A DNA stretch of 20,000 nucleotides from positions 120,037 to 140,036 of the forward strand of contig MU006110.1 in NCBI GenBank assembly GCA_010093705.1, in the 5' to 3' direction. The notes under the pieces are model-generated. The model had not been told where the DNA came from. It did no database searches and worked only from the letters and a program-made list of their open reading frames with translations. How positions within the stretch are numbered: position 1 is the first letter of the stretch; the number at the start of each line of letters is the position of its first letter. The translations under genes were made by a program, and so were the position numbers. Below are positions 1-12,968 of this stretch, one piece after another. The DNA comes from Patellaria atrata CBS 101060 (taxonomy: Eukaryota).

Positions 1-2488
<2,488 letters not shown>

Positions 2489-2601
2489 ATTGAAACTATG
2501 AACACAACCGATCAAGGGGGTCTAAGATCAAGTTCCATTAAGCTCACAGTTTGATGATCAGAGATCAGGTTCCTCGAAAAACGATATGACTAAAAGGAAA
2601 G

Positions 2602-2618
2602 TATATATATATATATAT
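2602..2618. repeat. (TA)8 microsatellite, possible TATA element of the kinase-fusion gene
   Basis: TATATATATATATATAT lies about 115 nt upstream of the minus-strand ATG at 2488. The promoter role is inference. Confidence 0.7.
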
Positions 2619-3254
2619 GAGCGCCTGGAAAAATCATAGTGGTCTAAATAAGGGATCGGTTTCGCTACTGTATCATTTTATTTGGAAACGTAAGGTACTC
2701 CGTAGGCTTCAGCTGTTGATAACTTAATATGTGCCCCCACAGCCCCTGAGATGTGGCGTGGGAGTTTTAGAACTAATGGAAGCGCTCAGCTTCCAGTGCG
2801 CACAGGCCAACTTTGCTCTGCCACTAGACATTCTTAAAACTTCCTAATCCCCAATTCTCTCTCTACAGATTCATCATGAACTATTCTGTGATGGATTTAT
2901 GAATATCTAACCGAAGGGAGATAGATCATATCCTATCAAAAGCATCGTCTAACTTTTGGCTCAACGAGTAGTATAACTAGGGTAAACCAGCATAGTACAT
3001 ACTATCATTATCGAAAGAAATTGGACAAGATCTCGTTGAAGGGGAAGAAAGAGTTAGGGCATGTTTATTGAGAAGATCCTAATGACAGTATCAACCCTGG
3101 CGAACGAGAACGGACACAAACGAGTGGACTTTGACCCTCCATTGAAAAGAACAACTATTGAGTCAAGACATGCCAGAGTACTACATGAATTCCGAGTTTC
3201 GAACAAAACTACCTCCAGATATCTGACGCGAACCAGCCGCGAACTATATTGCAA

Positions 3255-3843
3255 TCAACTAGAGTACAGAGTAAACACCAAGTCTCCACTTAACTTCCCT
3301 GGGTCGCAACCCTGGTTTGGCTCTCCTGCATAGGTGGGTTGATAATAGGCTTGGTCGGTCCTCACCTCGTTAGGAGGGACATGATATCCTCCACAATGTG
3401 CGCTGGGATCCGTGTTTTCCACCCGGATTCCCCCCTCAAATGCCGGGCAGTTTTGTGGATCTTGCCAGTTAGGTGCACAGTTTATCATGGAGAGGTCGAA
3501 CCAAAGCCTGCGATCGGCACCGATGGAGTACTCGAGTTGAAGAGGTTTTTCAATGAGTTGATTTGGAGATTTAGAAACTTTGAGGCATATCCCACCGGTG
3601 TTACCGCTTATATCGCTAGTCACGGGTTCCGAGTATCTTTCTCCTGTTTTCAGGTGATGTGCAGGACTTTTCATCTACGGACCAGAGGTGTACATCGTAG
3701 GAGCATTTGTTTACGACCACTGTATTCCCGATATTGGCTTCTCGTGGCGTGAGACTATTTCGATGGGTATGGTGACCATGGAGAGGAGCAATACTCATCG
3801 AGACTAGGAACGTGAGTATATAACAGATTTGATTATAGAGCAT
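3255..3843 (-). pseudogene. Bys1-like (thaumatin-fold related) secreted protein, frameshifted, copy A
   Basis: Signal-like MLYNQICYILTFLVSMSIA and VVVNKCSYDVHLWSVDE are in one frame; GERYSEP..GGICLKVSK..QLEYS..LWFDLSMINC..GCDPGKLSGDLVFTLY is in the next frame. The shift is near the T4 run at 3668-3671 and no intron explains it. Confidence 0.7.
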
Positions 3844-4489
3844 TATAGGTAGAAGAGGTACGTTGGAACTTGATACGTTATGTCGATATATCAACAAGCT
3901 TTTCAGTCTTCGGTTTACATTCTTTGCAAAGCAAGAGGGCCGAAGCACTTTTATGTCCTTCGATATTCATAAAAGGTAGCCAGAGTCATATTAGCGCAGA
4001 ACAGCTAGACATCTCCACCATGCATGAACCTTTTACTGAAAGGTGATTGATTTAAGAGTCAAGTGTTGATGGTAATGATCAGACATGGCAAATGAAACAA
4101 GTATGTTGTCTCTCTTCTTTCTCTATGCACATAAGTTAGAGATATGCGAATAAAGTACTGACTACATTCACCCACTATGATCCGCTAATTTAATGACCAA
4201 ATAAGTGGTGAATCTTTTCTGGAGAGGGAGGTCATCTACTCACCTTAACGTTATATAGCAAGAGAAAGACATCACTAGACAATCAAATTTCTATTTTCAT
4301 TAAAGTACAACGGTTTCAAATTGAGATTATTTAAAGAAGTACATCCGCTCAATGGAAACCCTGGTTTAGGAAAATAAACGAAGAACATAAAATTTTCCAA
4401 CCAGGGACAAACTAGCCATAAGGCGATATTCAAGAAATGAGAGTCAAAGAATATATGCAAGAACTGAAGAATCAACACTTCCCCACCAA

Positions 4490-5160
4490 CTACTCATTCT
4501 CGGAGCAAACCGTCATAACCAACACGCCCCCCAACTCCCCCGGACTACACCTCAAAACCCGCTGTCGCTGTGGCTCGGGGATTTAATAAACACTCCTCTC
4601 ACAATTCTCTCCCGCCCCACAAACCAGCGGAATACAGTGTCCGGCGAGCGGATCATCCGCGGGTTCCTCCTTAACCGCAACCCCGAAATTCACCGGCCGA
4701 ATCTCCAACCCCTTCTCATGTCCCACGCATGCACTCGCATCGCTCCCGTCCACGCAATCCACGAAACTGAGGTCGTAGCTCAGCGTGCCTAAGCCGGCGA
4801 ACTGGTCGTCAGAGTAAGAGTATCAAACTGCACGATTTTAGAGGAGTCAGGGAATTTGGAGACTTTGAGCGCGGTGCCGCCGCTACGCAGCCAGCGCAGG
4901 AGCTCGTTGTGCGATTCGCCGGGCGAGAGGGTGTAGAGTTTGGTGTTGTCGTGTTCGATTTCGGGGATGACGGTGTCGTTGGTGCTGTAGGCAACTTTGG
5001 AGACGGAGGGGCCGACGCTGTCGATGCTGCGGACGTAAAGGGGATAAGAGCATTTGTTGAGGAGAGCGGCGGAGGCGAAGTTGTCGTCGCTGGGGGAACG
5101 CTTTTCAAGGGGAGTGGAATGTGCAAAGTGGGAAAGGAAGAGAAAGATGAGTAGGAACAT
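4490..5160 (-). pseudogene. Bys1-like secreted protein with frameshift and premature stop, copy B
   Basis: MFLLIFLFLSHFAHSTPLEKR (signal plus KR site), ALLNKCSYPLYVRSID, LSPGESHNE, GGTALKVSK, IVQF. After one missing base at ~4823 the frame continues YSY..LSYDLSFVDC..HCIPLVCGAGENCERSVY*(TAA 4585-4583)..RCSPGELGGVLVMTVCSENE* with stop at 4492-4490. Confidence 0.75.
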
Positions 5161-5869
5161 CGTGATAGTCAGAAGTTTATCTGTAAGGACTGTATTATAT
5201 ATGAAATGAAACAATAACGATGATCAACATTTAAGGTTAGAAGAGAAGCAAGAATCTGAAATGCGAAACTGAGAGAAAGGCCTCACGGAGAGGTAAGACT
5301 CATCTTATACTTTAGACGCGCGGTCATTGCTTCATTTTCTTGACGTCTTATATTATTTGGATTCATACCTTCAACGATAACTCGCGTAATGGCTCATCTA
5401 CATAAATTTCCACTGTGTCCTCTCTTTGTGTGTTTCGAACCTGAAATTACACTCAGATCATGGTTCTTTATTTCGCATTTCTCTAAATAGTGGTAAGAAC
5501 TAAAACGTTTATTTAAATTGAGGTTGGACAAAGAAAGGAGAAAGGATCACGTAGTGGCTAAAATGCAATAATTTGAATCAAGACATGGTGACTGAGCACT
5601 CTGACTCTAACCACCTCACTAAGTCCTCCAAGCCGCACAATAAAGATTATTTTACTCGTGGATAATAGCAGCTTTAGCCTAGCTAGTTGAGTTAATTCAT
5701 TTCTAGAGGACTAAGATAGTCATGTCGGCATGTGGACGGAATATACGCATAATGAGTTGACAAGGAATTATCAGAGGTAGTTTTTGTCACCAAGTCCATG
5801 AAGAATCTGAAAGAGGAAGATGTTACTTATATCCTTTTCATTCGCACGAGTTGCTATGAAGATTCATTT

Positions 5870-7150
5870 CTATCATTGCTCCCCGCTGACAGTTTCCGTA
5901 ACGTCCACATCGATATCTATCCACTCCATAAACTCAGTCCTGATTCCTATGCCATCATCACCACTGAAGCATGATAGATATCTTGATAATGAAAGGCGTC
6001 AATACCGTATAAGACACATTCCTGGTACATTTGTTGCTGCGCGATGATCCATAATCCGAGCTACGCAGTGACCCTAGGCGTACGTTAGCCAAGCTCCGAA
6101 GCATATGTCGTGGTCATTGATAAGCAGATTGAAGCTCAAAAGTCAGATAAGTAAAGCTTTGGTGTAGATTTTCTTCAATTTAGTCCAGTAGTAGAACTGG
6201 CGTAGAACACACACATCGTACGAGCCGAAAGTAAAGGAAAATGATGAGGTGGGAGTGTACTTACTACCACCTTTGGCGAAAATTCTGGTTAGTAAGAATT
6301 GAGTAAACATCTTACAGACTATTCAAAGATGTTGAGAAACGGAGACTTCGCAAGGTTCGCGCGCGGATTGTTGACTTCGTACTGAATGCGGCCGACGTTA
6401 GAAGCGGCATGGTGGAAAAAGTTCTGCCTAACTGGTCTCGGAAGTTATGGCTGGTGTTTGTTCCGCGCAAAGTGTCCGCCGTGCTGGTAGTCGTAGATGT
6501 TGACGAATTCGCTGAAGAAGTGGTTGCATGAGCCTTGAACTAGCGAACCGTGATCAGGAAAAATTCGAAACGTCCCACAGCAATATCAATTGATACGCAA
6601 GTAGGATTTGAAGTAGTCAACCATCCGGTACATACGGCTAGGGTTGCGTTGGTTGGCTATGCTGGGTGAGAGATATCGCAATAGCAGCCATTGAAGCTTG
6701 TTCACTTCTTGGAGAGGTGTAGGGCATCGGTCGCCTATAATCACAACAGGGTCTTCGAAAAATGTTATAGTACTGAGTTCAAGAGGATCGACAAGATAGT
6801 TAGGCGTTTACCGAAGGACTTATTGATGTTTTTGGTTGTAATCATCTCTACACGCCGACCGTTGGTCTCGACTTCGGCAGCGTAGCTGGCGGAGAGCAGT
6901 CATAGAGACTTATATCACTTCTTGGAGATGCGTGTGACACATCTGCACCTACTATCACAGTAAGGCCGTTCTAAGTTCGCTGACAAATGAGAAGCAATAA
7001 CTTCTCCTTGGTACTCTTGGGAGAAACTTGCCGGTGCAGTCGTACTGATGCCACAAAGGCTGCGTTGACCTTCAGGCAAACATTGAAAATGTATTGCCTT
7101 TGGCACTTCTAGACACGAGAAGATATACGCATTGCGGGAAGAGTGCATAG
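5870..7150 (-). pseudogene. Possible decayed gene of unknown family
   Basis: One minus frame is mostly open from ~6810 to 6315 with few stops (..ELSTITFFEDPVVIIGDRCPTPLQEVNKLQWLLLRYL..GSCNHFFSEFVNIYDYQHGGHF..). It is followed by an intron-like GTAAGA..TACTAAC..AG element at ~6315-6270. No family recognised. Confidence 0.3.
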
Positions 7151-8926
7151 GAGTAGGCTATACACACTTTATGGTATTTATAATTGACCTTAGGAAGACG
7201 CGCAGTAATGTGGTGTAATGAGCGTGTACATCCTCCATCGATCAAGTTTGGACGCTAAGTGAGCGATGTTGGATAGATAGGAGGAACGACGACCTCAGTT
7301 GTAACGGGAGATGTAGCAGCGTGTAATAAACGGCTGGGAACATCGAGACTGGCGTTGTGGCGCGAGTATACTGGTAGCAGATACAAAGTAGTCTTGCATC
7401 TCTGCATCAGGATCCTTCGCCACAATTCGTAGCGGCTGAGGAGCTGACGCTGAGAAGCAGAAATGCTTTCTCGTTAGATATCTGGATTGATCCTTGTCCT
7501 TCATGACATCTTTAGTGATGATGGATTGTGGTGAATTCGTACAAATACAAGTGAAAAGAAAAGTGACGTGTGGAGAAGAGGAGGTTGGGGGGGGGGGAAT
7601 TTAAGTACTGAAGGCAGGTCACCTTGGCGTGTAGATGCCTAGTAGCCCTTGAAAGTGCAAGACAAACAAGCATATTTTGTTCTAGTAGGTTACTGTAGAC
7701 ATTCGGGGAGGTATGTAGAATCATTTAACACCGCTCCTCGCAACATCCGCTTTCCTTCCTCCCCCAACACCTCAAACACACCTCAATAGAACGACGAGAA
7801 CAAGACTTTCTTAAACGTAAGAGATGTACGCATGCTGTACGCTTTAATATAGAACTAACCATCTCATAGCACAATTAAAAGCTTCCCCTTAACCATGGCA
7901 TTCTTGCCGTACTGTGCGGTGATGTTGAAGAGCTCTCTGCGTGGAATACACGCAAAAGCGAAACCATATAACTGGGATATCTTAGGGGCTGGGACTTCTG
8001 TTATGTTCGTCTCTATGCCGTATCTATACTTTGAATGGAAGGCTCGAGCTGGTAGTGGAAGGGGAAAGGGGGACAATTAAACCCTGAATATACGTGTCCG
8101 AATGCGAAATGTACACTTAGCAAAAATAAGGCTCTGAGCAATTTCTCTGCTCTATAATCTGCGCATTCTTGATGACGGTACAAATACACTACTGCAGGGG
8201 AGTGACGACAATCATGTAAGTAGGAGGAAGTTAAGGATAGGAGAGCATTTTGCTTTAAAACCTTTGTGCTAAGAGTCAGGCGGTACTAAAGAGGAGATAG
8301 AACAAGCCCGCACTGCCACCCATAACAGGAGGAGCAAATTAACCACAGAGGACAGTAGAAAGATAGTACTGAACATAGAGCGTATGGCGTTATAGGTCCA
8401 GATGGGCACATGATATGTCAAATTTGGACATGAAAAAAGGGAGCATACAAGGGCTGGTATTGACAAATGTCCCCAAATAGAATTTATTTACTCTTCAAGG
8501 TTGAATATAGCACTTTCACATATCATACGATAGGTGATCCAACCTTTCAGTTAATCGTACAGTATAGTATGTGAGAACTCACTGTTGTAATCCCTTAAGT
8601 CCTCGAACGTAAACCCGAGTCATAATCTATCATCAACCTACAGAAAATACCTATGTCGTCTAACGCGAGAGGCAACGATGGATTTTAGGAGTAGAGGTGA
8701 AGTGAGACGTATAAACCGAAACCGGTCCGGCCCGGGGAAGGACGGCTAGAGCAACCTCGGCCACCATCCCCACAGCTTCTCCGCAATCCACCAGATACAA
8801 CCATTGAAGATGAGGATTCTACACGTTTTTCTATCCCCTTGCTGCATACAAATAAGCCAGCATTCCAATAGTTATCCTCCTTGATAACTGGGTCATTGTC
8901 CGTAATACTCGAAACTGTACCCCGTA

Positions 8927-9834
8927 ATGGCTCCCCTGGATTGGACTCCGAAGTTCAAGACCCACCCTCCGAAGACGAAATATGCCACCCTAAGCTACCC
9001 TTCACCGAATATCCTGCTGGTGACGCTGAACCGACCGAAGGAGCTGAATTGTATAAACAGCGAGGGTCATAAAGAGCTGTTAGAGGTATGGAACTGGCTA
9101 GATGAAGAGGAGTCTTTGCGCGTGGGCATCATCACAGGGAATGGGCGAGCATTTTGTGCAGGTGCAGATCTTAAGGGTATATTTCACCATCAGTATTAGA
9201 AGAGGATGGTACAATATGTATACACAGAGACTAAGATCAGATCACAGAATGGAATACGAACAACGAGGACGAGAAACCACACCCTTTCCCAATTGGAGGA
9301 TTCGGAGGGCTCTCTCGTCGAAGTGGACTAAAGCCTATAATCGCTGCGGTCAACGGTATATGCTTTGGGGGTGGATGCGAGATCATTATCAACTTGGACA
9401 TGATCCTTGCTTCGAAGAATGCTTCTTTCGCACTCCCTGAAGTCAAGATTGGTGTTGTAGCAGTAGCAGGGGCTCTACCTCGACTGGCACGTACTATTGG
9501 AAAGCCTCGAGCTATGGAGATGGCCCTTACTGGGCGTACTGTTTCGGCCAAGGAAGCTGCAGAGTGGGGATTGGTAAACCAGGTTATAGAGGATGAGAAC
9601 GTGGTGGACGCAGCTATTGAGATGGCTAAGTTGATCTCTGCCAATAGCCCAGATGCCGTGATTGTAACGAGAGAAGGAGTTAAATATGGATGGGAAGGGG
9701 TAAGCGTGGAGGAGGGGACCAGGCTCTGGTCTGAGGGTTGGTATCCCAAGCTCTTAAGAGGCGAGAACATGAGGGAAGGCGTAAAATCTTTTGTGGAGAA
9801 AAGGAAGCCTGTATGGAAACCTGCAAAGCTTTGA
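8927..9834 (+). CDS. Enoyl-CoA hydratase/isomerase (crotonase family), predicted peroxisomal
   Basis: Exons 8927-9176 and 9248-9834, intron 9177-9247, 278 aa. Motifs LNRP..LNC, GRAFCAGADLKEW, KPIIAAVNG.CFGGGCE and FALPEVKIG. C-terminal -AKL is a PTS1. Confidence 0.95.
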
Positions 9835-10047
9835 ATGTCATCTTATTATTTTTGATTAGATTGAAGCATTCTGATATTGCCAAGCACTCCATATCATCAT
9901 CGCCCATGATGCCCCTCCATATACCTTGACAAAGCTGTCAAAAGTACAAAATGACAGGTCGACGCATATTTAACACTTCCATCTCTCACATGAATGGATC
10001 TCATAGACCTCTATACCTACCAATCGCAACTTAAACCACAGTCCACC

Positions 10048-10633
10048 ATGTCCGACCTCACAATAGCTGACCTTACCTTCATCTCCCGCGAAGAGCTCTC
10101 CAAGCTACTTCGAACATCCTCGAGCGCTGCTGGGTCAAATATCTCAGAACCCTTTGAATCTACACTTGAAACTACACCATCAGATGTTCCGCAACCGGCG
10201 GATGCTACAGTTATCGCGCCGAAAGACTCGGAGATAGCGATTATCGATGTCCGTGACGGTGACCATGTTGGAGGCCACATCAAGAACTCCATTCATGCCC
10301 CATCCTCGGAATTGGATTATCGTATGCCTGAGCTTGTACGTACGCTCAAAAACAAGGATACGATTGTATTTCACTGCGCGTTGAGCCAGCAGCGAGGTCC
10401 CTCTGCAGCTTTGCGGTATCTGAGGGAAAAGAAGCGGTTGGAGGGGAAGAAAGAGGGGGAGGAGAACGGGCAAAAGGTCTTAGTCCTTGATGGTGGCTTC
10501 GTGAAATGGCAGGAGGCGTAAGTTCCTAATTGTGTCTATCAACGTATATGATACTGATACGCTCCTTAGGTACGGCAAGGATAAGGACTTGACTGAGGCA
10601 TATGAGGAAGATATCTGGAAATTCGGGTACTAG
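10048..10633 (+). CDS. Cdc25-like rhodanese-domain phosphatase / arsenate reductase (Ych1/Ibp1/Acr2 type)
   Basis: Exons 10048-10517 and 10570-10633; the intron is GTAAGT..CTGAT..TAG. Motifs IIDVRD.DHVGGHI, active site FHCALSQQRGP (CX5R) and VLDGGFVKWQE.YG.D..LTE.Y. ATG 10048 has a CCACC context; an in-frame upstream ATG exists at 9994. Confidence 0.92.
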
Positions 10634-11369
10634 AGCATCGCCGGCGAGAACTTCTACAGCTCGCCTATAAGTGGACGCTACTGCTGGAAATACGGGCGCG
10701 GGTTCGAAATCTGGCGTCTGTCGACTCAACTTGTCCATCTAATGTGCGTTGATATACCACAGCTTTATGCTTATCTACTTCTACACCTTCTTCTCAATTC
10801 TTCTAACATACTAATGTTACTAATTCAAGGATATAATTAGCCATTCTCTTTCTCATAGAGCCTCTCCTACCTTTACCCAATATCATCAACAGCCATACAC
10901 CACCTATACTACGGGCCCTCTTGCAGTACTAACAGTCCCAAAAACTTGTCGGGAACCCCTTAGAAGATACATCAAATCTGGATTAGACAGTACTTCCCAA
11001 AAGGCAGATAGGACAGTGTCATCTTCCAATGACCTCATATTAAATGTAGTCTCCGGGAAGTACCAAATTTTTAATCGGCCTAGTCTCCCCATATCCAACG
11101 CTGATACTATTATCGTTCGGTCTCGTATGCTTAGAATTAGAGCTGAGGTTCAGGATATCCTGCGGTGGTAGACGATTTGCTCATTTGTAAGTAGTCATTA
11201 ACTGCTCGGCTATATCCAATGGACAATATACAAAAGAATTTCATTAGATGGAAATGAAATTTCTATAATGGTTAATAAGGCGGGAAAACCAAACTGAGTT
11301 CTCCGATTCGCTGATTAGAAGTCTTATAAACCTAACATTGGAACTTCCGTGCTCTGATCCCCGGCAATA

Positions 11370-12630
11370 CTATGCGCAGAACAGGTTGCCATAAACTCAT
11401 GAAAATATTGCTACCACTCAATGCTTGACTTAGGGGGTGGTCACGATTCAACCTCACTGGGTAACCCTGATATGAAAGGAATTCAATTTTCGTCGAACGG
11501 CTATCCAATAGGCAACTGTGGGCGCAATATCTCCAAACAAGGAGTATAAACAGCACTATGGAGTCCGAAAACGTGACTCTCGGAAATATTCGTAGAACAT
11601 CTCTTAAACAGGCAGCAATGGCACCCCAAGATTCAAACGAAGAGCAGTCTGGAGACTGAAAAGGGGTGAATCTACCAAGATTCGTCGGACGTCTATCGAA
11701 TAGGCAGCCATTACTCGAACATACTTAAACAAAGAGCAACGACAGGAACGCAAGGGGTCTAAAGAGGTAATTCCCTAAAAAGTTCATCGAACGTCTATCG
11801 GAACGACTCGGGGGGGTTCGACGCGTTCGAACAAAGAAATGCAGTACGAGGTCCAAAGGGGGTAACCCTCAAAAGAATCCGTCCAATGTCTGTCAACTAA
11901 GCGTCCGCGGGTTCGGTATGCTCGAACAAAGAGAAATACATGAGACCAGAAGGGGTAACCCCTTGAGAAATTCGTCGAACGTCTGTCGAAGTGACAGGGA
12001 TGGCTCTGATATATTCAAACAAAGGAGTTTAAAAGGGAAACTCCCTAAAAGGTTTGTCGAACGTCCATCGAAGTGGCATGGGTGACTCTGATATATCCAA
12101 ACAAAGAAACTAAATTCAATATATGACTATCTCGAGCAGGACATCCAACATGGAACCCCCCACAAATCTTCGTATAACGCCGTTCGGGGAGAAGGCGCCT
12201 GAGGTAGATTCGCTACCTTCAACAAACGGTCATCTGGCGGCGGTGGTGTCTAAAGGAAATCCCCTCTCGGAAAAAAAAGTCAATTTTCGTAGAACTTCTG
12301 TCGAATAGGCAGCGCTCACCCCAATGCTCGCTGTTGATACAAACATACAGTACAATACCCCTTTTAGGTAACAGATGCAGAATTCCGTAGAACGTCTCTC
12401 GAGCAGGCAGCAGTGGCTCCAACATGCCGCCTCAGACACAGGTTAAGGGATTATCAAGAGAGGATCCAAATAGGAAGTCGCCAGGGAAAACGAGTTGCGT
12501 CGAACGTCTTCGGACCCCTGTTGTAGCTTCAATACTCGTTTGTAAGGCGAGAGTCACGGGTAAACCTAAAGAGGAAACTTTGGGGTTACTTGAGTTTCGT
12601 AGAACGCGGTCTCTTAAGCGAGTTCGCTAG
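11370..12630 (+). repeat. Degenerate tandem array of 12-13 units (82-117 bp); probable pseudogene of an RRTS-repeat protein
   Basis: Core TTCGTCGAACGTCTRTCGAA, often preceded by AAAGGGGTAACCC and followed by TCRAACAAAG. Core starts at 11491, 11591, 11683, 11785, 11880, 11973, 12055, 12171, 12288, 12386, 12498 and 12598, with a weak copy at 11375. Confidence 0.85.
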
Positions 12631-12968
12631 CTAGCTCCATGGCTTTGGATTGAGGGAGTTGCTGCTAGATAGGGAATGTAGGACTGAGTATTCGGGATTA
12701 GTCTTGTATGGATAGATTATTTTGATACCTGGTAATAGCTTCGGAAAGAGTATATCATAAATCAGGGGTATAATTCTGATGCCAGTTAGTATAACTGAAC
12801 TTCTATGTTACAATACCAACAGTAGTTCGAAGAAGATTCTTATATTCGTATATATACATCATTCAATCCCTATCATTACAATCCCACCATATTCTCCATA
12901 GAACCGTCCATCCGTCCATCCGTTTCAACGTACACATACCGTCTAAGAACCTAACGCAAAGAAACTAA

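Noticed and set aside
3660..3680. Programmed ribosomal frameshift in Bys1-like copy A
   Set aside because: There is no convincing slippery heptamer with downstream structure. The paralogue is also disrupted, so decay or a sequencing error is simpler.
4809..5154. Pro/Ser/Thr-rich ORF 4809-5126 and antisense ORF 4909-5154
   Set aside because: These are shadow frames of the GC-rich Bys1-like copy B.
7587..7597. G11 homopolymer
   Set aside because: An isolated simple run with no supporting context.
9237..9929. Antisense and alternative-frame ORFs over the hydratase gene, and likewise over the DHODH, PDI-like and NDUFA5 genes
   Set aside because: They overlap well-supported conserved genes and carry no recognisable motifs.
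11491..12610. Heat-shock elements in TTCGTCGAA/TTCGTAGAA
   Set aside because: Spacing is TTC-N3-GAA rather than the canonical TTC-N2-GAA, and the motif is better explained by Arg-Arg codons.
11470..12630. CRISPR array interpretation of the repeat/variable-linker pattern
   Set aside because: The context is eukaryotic and intron-containing with no cas genes. The repeats are long and degenerate with codon-like variation, and the linkers are irregular.
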